Of a DNA stretch of 38,183 nt, positions 8,322 to 17,725 are shown piece after piece. The position numbers and the translations under genes were made by a program. A model generated the notes under the pieces. It saw nothing but the letters and a program-made list of their open reading frames with translations. It did no database searches and had not been told where the DNA came from. This stretch comes from Candidatus Zixiibacteriota bacterium. Lineage in GTDB: Bacteria; Zixibacteria; MSB-5A5; UBA10806; 4484-95. The stretch is from the NCBI GenBank assembly GCA_029932605.1, contig JAOZPT010000006.1, positions 1 to 38,183 on the forward strand, in the 5' to 3' direction. Within the stretch, counting starts at the first letter, position 1. Each line of letters begins with the position of its first letter.

Positions 8322-9122
8322 ATGAATATCACAGCGGTTGAAACAGCTTCCTCATGCCTTCAACCTAAAGAGACCGAGGATGAAAGCAGGAAGGCGAAGT
8401 TAGCGAAATTCAAGAAAGCCTGCCAGGATTTTGAGTCAATATTTCTTTACTATATGTTGAAGACGATGCGCTCAGCCACGGTAAAATCATCGCTTTTGGG
8501 GAATGGTTTGGGCTCTGAAATCTTCACCCAGATTTTCGATGAGGGGCTGGCGGAGAAGTTGGCCGAATCGGGTCAGCTGGGTATAAGCGATATATTGCTT
8601 AAACAATATAGTGACCTTATAACTAATACAAATGAAGAACTTGTGGAAACACTCCCGATAAAACCAAAAGTGAAAAAATCGATTCGGCCAGATAGAAACA
8701 TTTCGAAAATAAATTCACTTGATCGTTTTGATGGTATCATTAATCAGGCGGCTTTAAAACATGGTGTTGATCCCAAGCTGATAAAGGCCGTGATCTGGCA
8801 GGAGTCCGCGGGTAACCCCAGAGCCGTTTCCTCCAAAGGAGCCAAAGGATTGATGCAGTTAATGGATGGTACGGCCAAGATGCTAGGTGTTAGTGATATT
8901 TTTGATATAAAGCAAAATATTTTCGGAGGGGTTAAATATCTTGCCATTCTTTTAAAGAAGTTCGGTGGAGACATCAAAAAAGCACTAGCCGCATATAACT
9001 CCGGCCCTTCCTCTGTAGATAAATATGGTGGAATACCCCCGTATGAGGAGACAAGGGAGTACGTAAGTGATATTCTTGATAATTTAAAAACCTTATTTAA
9101 ATCCGATAAATCCCGATACTGA
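8322..9122 (+). CDS. flgJ: FlgJ: rod-binding domain fused to an SLT lytic transglycosylase domain
   Basis: N-terminal ACQDFESIFLYYMLKTMR...LGISDILLKQ (rod-binding); C-terminal AVIWQES, GAKGLMQLM, ALAAYNSG, PPYEETREYV (SLT motifs). Confidence 0.88.
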   Translation: MNITAVETASSCLQPKETEDESRKAKLAKFKKACQDFESIFLYYMLKTMRSATVKSSLLGNGLGSEIFTQIFDEGLAEKLAESGQLGISDILLKQYSDLITNTNEELVETLPIKPKVKKSIRPDRNISKINSLDRFDGIINQAALKHGVDPKLIKAVIWQESAGNPRAVSSKGAKGLMQLMDGTAKMLGVSDIFDIKQNIFGGVKYLAILLKKFGGDIKKALAAYNSGPSSVDKYGGIPPYEETREYVSDILDNLKTLFKSDKSRY

Positions 9123-9139
9123 TTAAAACGGCAGATTAT

Positions 9140-9622
9140 ATGAAAAAACTAACTGATATTTTAAACAAAGAGCTAGATTCATACAACAGGTTTTTAGTTT
9201 TACTTGATGACCAACACCAACAGCTTGCATGTAGAGACCTCGAAGGATTAAATAAGACCAATGCTGAGCTCGATTTGTTATGCAACAAAGTAAGCGAACT
9301 TGAAAGAGAAAGGCAAAAAATAGTAAAAGATATCTCAAAACGGATGGAACTATCACCGAGTAATCTGACCTTGGATGATATCCTTTCTCGTCTTGATGGG
9401 ATTTCGAATGAGTCCTTACAGCAGTTGCGCAAAGCAATTGTTGATACCCATGAGCATATCGAGGAAAAACGTAAGAGAAATGAATTCTTAATTAATAAAT
9501 CACGTCAGTTGATTACGAAATCTGTGAAGATATTAAGCAGTAAACCCTCACACGTATATGGCCAGCCCGGGCAGTCTAAAGTTAAAGCCAGGGGAGGCAA
9601 AGTAGTTAATCATGCAGTATAG
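9140..9622 (+). CDS. flgN: flagellar export chaperone FlgN
   Basis: helical protein with LERER and 'RNEFLI..S...I' plus a C-terminal 'VYG..G' motif; directly upstream of flgK. Confidence 0.8.
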   Translation: MKKLTDILNKELDSYNRFLVLLDDQHQQLACRDLEGLNKTNAELDLLCNKVSELERERQKIVKDISKRMELSPSNLTLDDILSRLDGISNESLQQLRKAIVDTHEHIEEKRKRNEFLINKSRQLITKSVKILSSKPSHVYGQPGQSKVKARGGKVVNHAV

Positions 9623-9633
9623 GGAATGATAAG

Positions 9634-11028
9634 ATGTATGGAATAAATGTTGGTTTGGAGATAGGTAAGAGAGCACTTTTAGCCCAGCAGTATTCTCTTA
9701 ACCTCACGGGACACAATATCGCTAATGTAAACACTCCTGGTTTTTCGCGTCAGCAGGCTATTATGGTTTCTTCGGTGCCAATGGCTTATATCAAAGGTAA
9801 TTTTGGAACGGGAGTTGAGGTTACAACGGTAAGGCATTTGCGAGCGATATTTTTGGATGAACAATATCGCCGTGAATCTCAAGACCTCGGTCGCTGGCAG
9901 GCTTTAGCCCAGAGCTGGAGCCATATTGAAACGATATATATGGAGCCTTCTGATATTGGTTTTTCAGCATTACTGGATAATTTTTGGAACTCCTGGCAGG
10001 ATCTATCCGCCAATCCTGATGACCAAGCGGCACGGGTAGCGGTAAAGGAACAGGCAAATCTGGTAATAAATGCTTTCCATCATTTTGATGAACAGTTGAA
10101 AGATTTCCGGGTGTCGCTTGATGAGGACATTCAAAGTAGAGTTTTAGAAATAAATAATATCGCTTTTCAAATAGCTACGTTAAATGATTCGATATCTACT
10201 GCGGAGTTATCAGGCCATTCGGCGAACGATCTTCGTGATCAAAGGGACCACCTTGTCGACGAGCTCTCCAAATATGTAAATGTTGAGGTCATAGAACAAC
10301 CAACCGGTACTTATTCGGTGCTTATAGGTTCTATGGTTCTTGTTGACCGAAATGAGGTCAGTGAACTTGAAACGGTAGTTGAGGAACAAGGAGTTAATGT
10401 TGTCCACAAAATTCAATTCAAAGACTCCAAGGTCCAACCTGATATAACAAAAGGAGAACTGGCGGGACTTATCAAGGTCAGGGACGAAGTGATTCCGGAG
10501 CGTTTGCGGGAACTTGATGAAATGGCAATATCTTTGGTTGAACAGCTTAACAGGCTACATCGTGAAGGATATGGTCTGGATGGTGTCTCTGGTAGGGATT
10601 TTTTTGATGCTAACGTCACCGGCGCTGAGGATATAAATCTTGATTATATGATAATTCAAAATGAGGGTTATATTGCCGCTTCTTTGAGCGGTGAAGTGGG
10701 GGACAATTCCAATGCACTGAGGATTGCAGCCTTGCGTTCAGAACTGACAATGAAAGGTGGAACCGCTACTTTTAGTGATTACTATAATTCAATTGTTGGT
10801 ATTGTTGGCGTTAGAACCAGGGAAGCGCAGAACATCGCTGAAAACCAGGAAACGCTAGTTTTTCATATCGAAAACAATCGGCAGGCGGTAGAGGGTGTGT
10901 CCCTTGATGAGGAAATGGCTAATATGATTAAATACCAACACGCTTACGAGGCTGCTGCCAGGGTCATTACTGCTATGGATGAAGCCCTGGATACCATAAT
11001 AAATGGCATGGGTATAGTTGGTCGTTAA
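9634..11028 (+). CDS. flgK: hook-associated protein FlgK
   Basis: GHNIANVNTPGFSRQ, ANDLRDQRDHLVDELS, GVSLDEEMANMIKYQHAYEAAARVI. Confidence 0.97.
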   Translation: MYGINVGLEIGKRALLAQQYSLNLTGHNIANVNTPGFSRQQAIMVSSVPMAYIKGNFGTGVEVTTVRHLRAIFLDEQYRRESQDLGRWQALAQSWSHIETIYMEPSDIGFSALLDNFWNSWQDLSANPDDQAARVAVKEQANLVINAFHHFDEQLKDFRVSLDEDIQSRVLEINNIAFQIATLNDSISTAELSGHSANDLRDQRDHLVDELSKYVNVEVIEQPTGTYSVLIGSMVLVDRNEVSELETVVEEQGVNVVHKIQFKDSKVQPDITKGELAGLIKVRDEVIPERLRELDEMAISLVEQLNRLHREGYGLDGVSGRDFFDANVTGAEDINLDYMIIQNEGYIAASLSGEVGDNSNALRIAALRSELTMKGGTATFSDYYNSIVGIVGVRTREAQNIAENQETLVFHIENNRQAVEGVSLDEEMANMIKYQHAYEAAARVITAMDEALDTIINGMGIVGR

Positions 11029-11049
11029 ATTTCTGGGATGGAGTAAACC

Positions 11050-11298
11050 GTGTTAATCCTGACAAGGAAGTTGGGTGAATCAATAACCATCGGCGATAAC
11101 ATTAAAGTTACCGTCCTCGGTATATACGGCAAGCAGGTTAAACTTGGTGTTACAGCACCGGATAGGGTTTCTGTTCACCGGGAGGAGATATTTTTACGGA
11201 TTCAGGATGAGAACAGGCACGCTTCGCTGGCACTAAAAGAAGACTTGCTTGAGGTGGCCAGGATTTTAAGGAGGCGGGCTATTAAGCCAAAAGAATAA
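11050..11298 (+). CDS. csrA: carbon storage regulator CsrA (FliW-binding type with C-terminal extension)
   Basis: [16 protein letters not shown]..., [14 protein letters not shown]; Asn55 and a C-terminal extension; GTG start. Confidence 0.97.
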   Translation: MLILTRKLGESITIGDNIKVTVLGIYGKQVKLGVTAPDRVSVHREEIFLRIQDENRHASLALKEDLLEVARILRRRAIKPKE

Positions 11299-11308
11299 AT
11301 CCCGATAA
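11282..11308 (+). promoter_or_regulatory. putative sigma28 promoter for flgL-fliW
   Basis: TTAAG(11282-86)-N14-CCCGATAA(11301-08), overlapping the csrA 3' end, before a 170-bp gap. Confidence 0.45.
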
Positions 11309-11468
11309 AAGTATTGAACAAAAAAAAGACTAAAAAGAAGCTAAAGAATAGTTGAGATTTTTTATTTTGGTTAAATCGGAGTTCTTCACTTGGAACAATT
11401 GTGTTATGTTTTCCTTAAAGTTTCCTGCTGTGAGATAGTTAAAAGTTTAAGCAAATTGGAGGAGAATT

Positions 11469-13388
11469 ATGCGAGTAACTAATAAAATGGTTACTGACAC
11501 GGTTGTTCGCAATCTTAGCCAGACGACTAAACGGTATCTACAATTACAGTCTGCTATCTCCTCAGGTAGACGTATTAATAAGCCATCGGATGACCCGCTG
11601 GGTATAACAAAAGATCTTAATTTTCGTTCAAGGCTTTCTGACATTTCGCAGTTTAATCTTAATATAACGCATTCCATTTCATGGATGTCGTATTCTGATT
11701 CAGCTTTAGATGACATTAACGGTTTGATTATTGAGGCCAAGGACTTGGCTGTGCAACTGGCTAATGATACTTACGATGAGAACGCCAGGATAGCAGGCGC
11801 CACCCAGGTGGGGGAGATGTTTAACCAGATTCTGGATGCAGTCAATTCTCAATATCTAAATAGTTATATTTTTGGTGGTTCGAAAACAAATATCCCGCCC
11901 ATTCTGGCTAACGATATTGGTGTTATCTATCAGGGTGATTACCAGGATATAATGATGGAGACCGAGAGAAATTCTTATTTGAAAATAAACACATTTGCCA
12001 GTGAATTTACTACAAGGCCGGTGAAGGTTTTGGGTGAAGGTTTTGATCTGAATCCTGGTTTACAACCTAACCTGTGGCTTTCCGATCTGAATGGTGGCCA
12101 GGGTGTAAATATGGGGGCGGGACAGATAGTTATAAATACATTAAACGGTCGCTTTGTTGCTGATATATCAGCGGCTAAAAATATCCAACAGGTCCTGAAC
12201 ACGGTTAATAATCTTGGTATACCAAACTTTACCGCTTCTATTTCTGGTGGCGGTTCGGGTCTTCAAATTGATGATACTTCCGACCATGAATTGACAGTCA
12301 ATACGCCCCTGGCACTTTTAAATAATGGAGCTGGAGTTTCTCAAGAGCCGGGGACATTTGTTGTAAGAACGGAGGACAGTTCAATTGTGGTTAATATCGA
12401 TATCTCGGCTGATGAAAATCTTGGTGATGTAATAAATAACATCAATCTCTCCCTGGCAGGTGCCGGCTTAAATAATGTGACAGTTTCGATCGATACTACA
12501 GGGAACCGCTTGATAATTGATGATTCTAATCCTATCCCTTATAGCCTTGTTATTGAAGAGGGAGGACCTAACCAGACAACTGCCGCTGATCTTGGGATTA
12601 TTGGAACGATGGAAGGTTATCTTGAGGGGAAGGAACTTGAACCGCTACAAATAATGATTGAAGAATCAGCCGATGGTGAAACTATAGCCAAAGACCTTGG
12701 TTTGTTAAAAGGCACGGAGTTTGAAACGCTTATAGGTGAGGATATCAACCCGGAGCTGAAATATTTCACCAAGCTTTCATCGTTAAACAGCAATGCTGGC
12801 ATAATGCTTGGTGTGATAAGAATCACAAATGGCTTGGATTATGTGGATATCGACCTTTCAGGTTTACAGGATGACCCCAATGCAACCATTCTTGACCTTG
12901 TCGACATGATAAACCGTTCGGGCATATATGTGAAAGCCTCTTTGAATTCTGACCGAACAGGTATAGCGGTTGAATCCTTATACGATGATAGATCGCTTAT
13001 GATAACAGAAGCAGATTCTGGAAGCACAGCCTTGAGTCTGGGGATATTCGGCTCACCGGACATTTTAGGCAATATGTTGGTTTTAGAGAAGTCTCTAAGC
13101 AGAAACAACACCGAAGAGATCCAAGCTTGTCTTGATGTATTTGACCTTGCTTTAGACCAGCTTTTGACTGTGCGTTCAAGTTTAGGATCCCGGATAATAA
13201 GAGCGGAAACCTCTCAGGTTAGGATGTTAGACCAAGATTTGCAGGTTACTGACCAACTATCACAAATCGAGGATGCTGATATGGTACGGCTTATCTCTGA
13301 GCTGGCCAGCGCTGAGGCTGTTTACCAATCATCGCTGGCTACCGCTGCCAGAGTGATTCAACCATCATTGATGGATTTTTTAAGGTAG
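11469..13388 (+). CDS. flgL: hook-associated protein FlgL with large repeated insertion domains
   Basis: MRVTNKM, ISSGRRINKPSDDP, YIFGGSKT..PP, C-terminal LSQIEDAD...YQSSL...ARVIQPSLMDFLR; 639 aa. Confidence 0.95.
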   Translation: MRVTNKMVTDTVVRNLSQTTKRYLQLQSAISSGRRINKPSDDPLGITKDLNFRSRLSDISQFNLNITHSISWMSYSDSALDDINGLIIEAKDLAVQLANDTYDENARIAGATQVGEMFNQILDAVNSQYLNSYIFGGSKTNIPPILANDIGVIYQGDYQDIMMETERNSYLKINTFASEFTTRPVKVLGEGFDLNPGLQPNLWLSDLNGGQGVNMGAGQIVINTLNGRFVADISAAKNIQQVLNTVNNLGIPNFTASISGGGSGLQIDDTSDHELTVNTPLALLNNGAGVSQEPGTFVVRTEDSSIVVNIDISADENLGDVINNINLSLAGAGLNNVTVSIDTTGNRLIIDDSNPIPYSLVIEEGGPNQTTAADLGIIGTMEGYLEGKELEPLQIMIEESADGETIAKDLGLLKGTEFETLIGEDINPELKYFTKLSSLNSNAGIMLGVIRITNGLDYVDIDLSGLQDDPNATILDLVDMINRSGIYVKASLNSDRTGIAVESLYDDRSLMITEADSGSTALSLGIFGSPDILGNMLVLEKSLSRNNTEEIQACLDVFDLALDQLLTVRSSLGSRIIRAETSQVRMLDQDLQVTDQLSQIEDADMVRLISELASAEAVYQSSLATAARVIQPSLMDFLR

Positions 13389-13397
13389 GAGGAATGT

Positions 13398-13844
13398 TTG
13401 CCAGTTGTTAAGACATCCAGGTTCGGCGAAGTTCAATATGAGGAAAGCGATGTTATAACTTTTGTCAGGGCTATACTTGGGTTTGATGACTTATGTAAGT
13501 ATTTTATAATATCCAGACCAGAATCTGAGCCATTCAAATGGTTACAGTCAATTGATGACCCTTCGGTATGTTTTGTCATCATCGATCCGATGTTGGTTGT
13601 TGATGACTACACCGTTGATATCAGCCCGTATGATATCAAGCAACTGCAAGGTAGCGGTAATAAGGATGATTACATGGTATATACAATTGTAACAGTGCCC
13701 AAAGGTAAACCCGAGCAGATGTCGATAAATCTACAAGGCCCTATAATAATAAATATTAAAAAACTGAAAGCTATTCAAGTTGTCGTAAACGACACAAAAT
13801 ATGATGTTCGTTATAGCATCCTCGCTAATCAACAAACGGTTTGA
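13398..13844 (+). CDS. fliW: flagellar assembly factor FliW
   Basis: TSRFGEV, ITF..AILGF, PFKWLQS.DDP, INLQGPIIIN; TTG start after AGGAGG. Confidence 0.95.
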   Translation: MPVVKTSRFGEVQYEESDVITFVRAILGFDDLCKYFIISRPESEPFKWLQSIDDPSVCFVIIDPMLVVDDYTVDISPYDIKQLQGSGNKDDYMVYTIVTVPKGKPEQMSINLQGPIIINIKKLKAIQVVVNDTKYDVRYSILANQQTV

Positions 13845-13979
13845 GTGTGTGTTAAGCGATGATGGTAAACCTGCAAAAGCCGAAAATAAAACGATGATTA
13901 GAAGAATTCTGATTTTTTGATGTTGTTAACTTGGATATTATTTAATGCAGTAATGTAGTTTTCTATATGGGGTATTAAA

Positions 13980-15674
13980 ATGAGCGATGAGTTTTTAACG
14001 GAAGAGAAGCCCTCTATTTTCAACGAAGTGACTGAATATCTCAAAGATGCCAATTTTGAAGAGGCCTTGAGACTTTTACAGGATCGATTACAAACCAATC
14101 CCGGTGATTTAGACACCCTGCATCTTATTGGGACTATCCATGCTAAAAAAGGAGATTATATCAAGGCGGAAAAATTCTTTAGAAAAGAGCTGGAAATTGA
14201 TCCTAACAGAGAAGAGGCCCATTTCAATCTTGGTTTGATTCATAGTAAACAGAACAGGCTTTCTGAGGCAATAGAGGATTTTGAAAACGTTGTCAGGCTG
14301 AATCCCGAGGATGTTCAGGCGTTGAACGACCTGGGGGTTATGTATTATTCAAAGGGTGTGACCGATAAAAGCCATGATCTTTTCTGTAAAGCTTTGCAGG
14401 TTAAACCAACGTATAAAGATGCCTTTTTAAATTTGTTCGAACTTTTATGGAATGCGGGGAAATATAACCAGGCTCTGGAGCATGTTTACAATTTCCTGAA
14501 AAAACTTTCACCGGCAGATTCAAATCGGATAACCCAACCAGAGGTTGAAGAAAACAAGCAGAAAGTCCAACCGGAATATTTAAAGAGGTCGCTGGAAATG
14601 CGCAAAAGAGCTCCGGCTATAATCAAGCCATCGGATTCGGAGAAACTGGATATTTTCGACAAGCATGTTCCTCAGGCTATTAAAGATAAAAAAACAGGAA
14701 TGAATATAGCGGTGGTGGCCGATTTCAATATCGCTGGTCAGCTTAGCCAGCTTTTTAGGTTGATAAATGAGAAAACCATACATCGAGCCAGGTGCATTAT
14801 CATTTATGACGATTACTTAACCTATGATAAAGATATTGTTCTTTCGCATGACAAACAGGATGATTTTCAAACCGCTGTCAAGATAATTGAAAATGCCGAC
14901 TTTTTCCATATCGGGAGATTCCCCAAGAAAGTTGGCGATTTGAATTTGTTAGATTATTTAAAACCGAACAACACAATCGTTCAATATTTCGGTAGTGAAT
15001 TGCGCCAGAAGGCCAAAGAGATTTACCAATGGCATTTGACCAATAAGATCACCGGACTATCAGCATGGGATTATACCATGTTGGAGAGTTCCCCATTTTT
15101 CTACCATATTAATATCATGTTTGACTCAACAAAAATAAAATCAGCGCCAAAACCCGAGGGAACTATAAAGATCGTACACCCTGTCACTAACCGCAATGTT
15201 AAACGGACAGATTTGTTCCTGGAGGTTGTTGACCGTTTACGTAAAAAATACGATATCGAGCCTATCCTTATAGAGGGAAAAAACAATCAGGAATGCCTTG
15301 AACTTAAAAGTCAAGCTCATATGACCTATGACCAGATATCGGTTGGAATCTACGGGCTTTCAGCTATTGAGTCGATGGCAGCTGGTCATGTCGTATTCGG
15401 TGGTATCTCTAATTTTGCAGCCAGCTATTTCCCCGATAACCCAATTGTGTGGGTTACCGAAGATGACCTGTTTGAAAAGATAGAACATTACCTTATAAAC
15501 AGAGTACAGATTCTCGATCGGGGATTGGCGGGTAAATCATGGGTAAAATTAAACCATGATCCTGACAGGATCTTACGTCAACATCTTTATATGTATGATT
15601 TTGTCAGAAATGGTCATCGCTTCTTGAGACATCCGGATGAGCAGTTATTGGGAGCGGGCTATGATAGAGGGTAA
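13980..15674 (+). CDS. TPR-repeat protein with C-terminal GT-B-like glycosyltransferase domain
   Basis: N-terminal TPRs (AHFNLGLI, ALNDLGVMY); C-terminal HPVTNRNVKRTD and DQISVGIYGLSAIESMAAG resemble the GT-B nucleotide-binding half. Confidence 0.72.
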   Translation: MSDEFLTEEKPSIFNEVTEYLKDANFEEALRLLQDRLQTNPGDLDTLHLIGTIHAKKGDYIKAEKFFRKELEIDPNREEAHFNLGLIHSKQNRLSEAIEDFENVVRLNPEDVQALNDLGVMYYSKGVTDKSHDLFCKALQVKPTYKDAFLNLFELLWNAGKYNQALEHVYNFLKKLSPADSNRITQPEVEENKQKVQPEYLKRSLEMRKRAPAIIKPSDSEKLDIFDKHVPQAIKDKKTGMNIAVVADFNIAGQLSQLFRLINEKTIHRARCIIIYDDYLTYDKDIVLSHDKQDDFQTAVKIIENADFFHIGRFPKKVGDLNLLDYLKPNNTIVQYFGSELRQKAKEIYQWHLTNKITGLSAWDYTMLESSPFFYHINIMFDSTKIKSAPKPEGTIKIVHPVTNRNVKRTDLFLEVVDRLRKKYDIEPILIEGKNNQECLELKSQAHMTYDQISVGIYGLSAIESMAAGHVVFGGISNFAASYFPDNPIVWVTEDDLFEKIEHYLINRVQILDRGLAGKSWVKLNHDPDRILRQHLYMYDFVRNGHRFLRHPDEQLLGAGYDRG

Positions 15675-16653
15675 AAGGATTTTTATAACCGGTGGCGCCG
15701 GTTTTATCGGTAGTGCTCTGGTAGGAAGGTTAGTTGATAAAAATGAAATCGTCATTTATGATAGCCTTTCACGAGATAGCCTGAAGGATACAATATATAA
15801 GAATCATAAGAATATTGAGTTAATTCGGGGTGATGTGTTAGATTATGAAAAGCTTGCTCGTAGTATGGATAAAGCGAACATAGTTATCCATTTGGCCGCT
15901 ATAGCCGGAATAGATAGTGTGATTAAAAGTCCGGTAACAACGATAAAGGTCAACCTTCTTGGAACTATCAACATGTTGGAGGCAGCTAGCCAGCAGGATA
16001 AAATAGAAAGAATCATAGATTTTTCGACCTCCGAGGTGTTTGGTTCCTATGCTTTTCGCTCGGAGGAGAATGACAGCACCTCATTGGGAGCGGTGGGAAA
16101 CGCCCGCTGGACATATGCGGTAAGTAAACTTGCCAGTGAGCATTTAACTTATAGTTATTTTACAGAAAAGAAGTTGCCGGCGTTATCCATAAGGCCGTTT
16201 AATATTTATGGACCCGGTCAGATTGGCGAAGGAGCAATACATCATTTTGTAGTTCGTGCTCTGCAAAACCAGGATTTGATTATTCGCGGTGATGGCGACC
16301 AGATAAGGTCGTGGTGTTACATTGATGACCTAGTTCACGGTATCATGTTAACACTGGAGAAGTCAGAAGCGGTGGGAAATTGTTTTAATATTGGTAACCC
16401 TAAAGGTACAATCACAATTCATGGTTTAGCCTTGGCGGTTGTGAGGGTTACTTACTCCAAGTCAAAAATAGTATATGTTCCAAAGAATTATGTTGATGTG
16501 GAGTTGCGAATCCCGAGTATTGATAAAGCAAGAAAATTGCTCGGATATGAGCCAAAGATAGACCTTGAGGAAGGGTTGAGGAGAACTGCTACCTGGTATT
16601 ATGGGAAAATCTTCGGAAATAAGGCTTACCAGACCCAATATATCACAACCTGA
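15661..16653 (+). CDS. NAD-dependent epimerase/dehydratase, UDP-glucuronate decarboxylase (UXS / ArnA C-terminal)-like
   Basis: ITGGAGFIGS, HLAAIAG, FSTSEVFG, RWTYAVSK (YxxxK), RPFNIYGP, GDGDQIRSWCYIDD; SD GGAG before ATG 15661. Confidence 0.88.
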   Translation: MIEGKRIFITGGAGFIGSALVGRLVDKNEIVIYDSLSRDSLKDTIYKNHKNIELIRGDVLDYEKLARSMDKANIVIHLAAIAGIDSVIKSPVTTIKVNLLGTINMLEAASQQDKIERIIDFSTSEVFGSYAFRSEENDSTSLGAVGNARWTYAVSKLASEHLTYSYFTEKKLPALSIRPFNIYGPGQIGEGAIHHFVVRALQNQDLIIRGDGDQIRSWCYIDDLVHGIMLTLEKSEAVGNCFNIGNPKGTITIHGLALAVVRVTYSKSKIVYVPKNYVDVELRIPSIDKARKLLGYEPKIDLEEGLRRTATWYYGKIFGNKAYQTQYITT

Positions 16654-17725
16654 GATAGAGGCTGTAACGCAGGTTTTATTGTCGGGTATGCTGGTTTCAG
16701 GCCCGGTTGTTGAACGGTTTGAGAAAATGCTGGCAGATTATCTGGGTTTACCTTATGCGGTGTGTGTTTCCTCTGGCACGGCCGCTTTGCATCTTTCTCT
16801 TTTGTCGGCTGATATCAAGCCTGGCGATGAAGTACTGGTGCCGGCTTTAAGTTTTCCAGCGACGGCTAATACTGTGGAGATAATAGGTGCTGTTCCTATA
16901 TTCATCGATTGCCAGCCGGATGGTGTGAATTTAGATGCTGAAAAACTTGAAAATAAAATAAGCCCGAGGTCAAAAGCAATAATGCCAGTTCATGCTTTTG
17001 GTATTCCTGCTGAAATGGATAGGATTTTGAGCGTTGCAAAAAAATATAACCTTGTGGTTATCGAGGATGCTGCCTGTGCCTTAGGTTCAAAGTACAATAA
17101 TGTATATTGTGGCACAATTGGCGAACTGGCCGCTTTCAGTTTTCATCCACGGAAATTATTAACAACTGGAGAAGGAGGAGCTGTTATCAGCTCTGACCAA
17201 TCGACCATAAACCTTGTTAAAAGTCTTAGGAATCATGGCTATGATGGCGATGATTTTAGATATCCCGGGTTCAACTACCGCATGACGGATTTCCAGGCAG
17301 GAATGGGATTAATGCAGCTTGAAAAGTTTTCGTCAATGCTTGAGGAAAGAAAAAAAATGGCCGCTGATTACAAATCAATGTTGCAGGATATAGAGTGGCT
17401 GAAGGTTATAGAGGCAGGTCCTGAAGCTCAACCTAATATCCAGACTTTTATAGTAAAGCTCGATAAATATGTCGATAGAAAATCGCTGATGAAATATTTG
17501 GGTATGCACGGCATTGAAACGACCATTGGTTCTTATTGCTTACCTTTAATGCGATATTATCGACTCAGGTATGGTTATCGCCCTGAGGAGTTTCCTCATG
17601 CCTTTGATAACTATAACAGGTTACTAAGCTTGCCATTATATAAAGGTATGAGTACACAGGAAATGGAAAAAGTAGTTAGGGCTTTAAAATCTTTTACTGT
17701 TAAAATCGAAAAAGTGAATGGATAA
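16601..17725 (+). CDS. DegT/DnrJ/EryC1/StrS (ArnB-like) NDP-sugar aminotransferase
   Basis: SSGTAALHL, GDEVLVP, IEDAACALG, FSFHPRKLLTTGEGG (PLP lysine), GFNYRMTD, LSLPLY. Confidence 0.95.
   Translation: MGKSSEIRLTRPNISQPEIEAVTQVLLSGMLVSGPVVERFEKMLADYLGLPYAVCVSSGTAALHLSLLSADIKPGDEVLVPALSFPATANTVEIIGAVPIFIDCQPDGVNLDAEKLENKISPRSKAIMPVHAFGIPAEMDRILSVAKKYNLVVIEDAACALGSKYNNVYCGTIGELAAFSFHPRKLLTTGEGGAVISSDQSTINLVKSLRNHGYDGDDFRYPGFNYRMTDFQAGMGLMQLEKFSSMLEERKKMAADYKSMLQDIEWLKVIEAGPEAQPNIQTFIVKLDKYVDRKSLMKYLGMHGIETTIGSYCLPLMRYYRLRYGYRPEEFPHAFDNYNRLLSLPLYKGMSTQEMEKVVRALKSFTVKIEKVNG

Noticed and set aside
9083..9119. Two CCGATA motifs at the end of flgJ as a sigma28 promoter for flgN
   Set aside because: No TAAA-like -35 at the 15-bp spacing (nearest spacers are 13 and 10); cannot be supported
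11391..11405. TGGAAC as a sigma54 -24 element before flgL
   Set aside because: No GC at the -12 position (reads TT)
13866..13886. GCCGAAAA upstream of the glycosylation island as a sigma28 -10
   Set aside because: TAAA is only 9 bp upstream and nothing matches at the correct spacing
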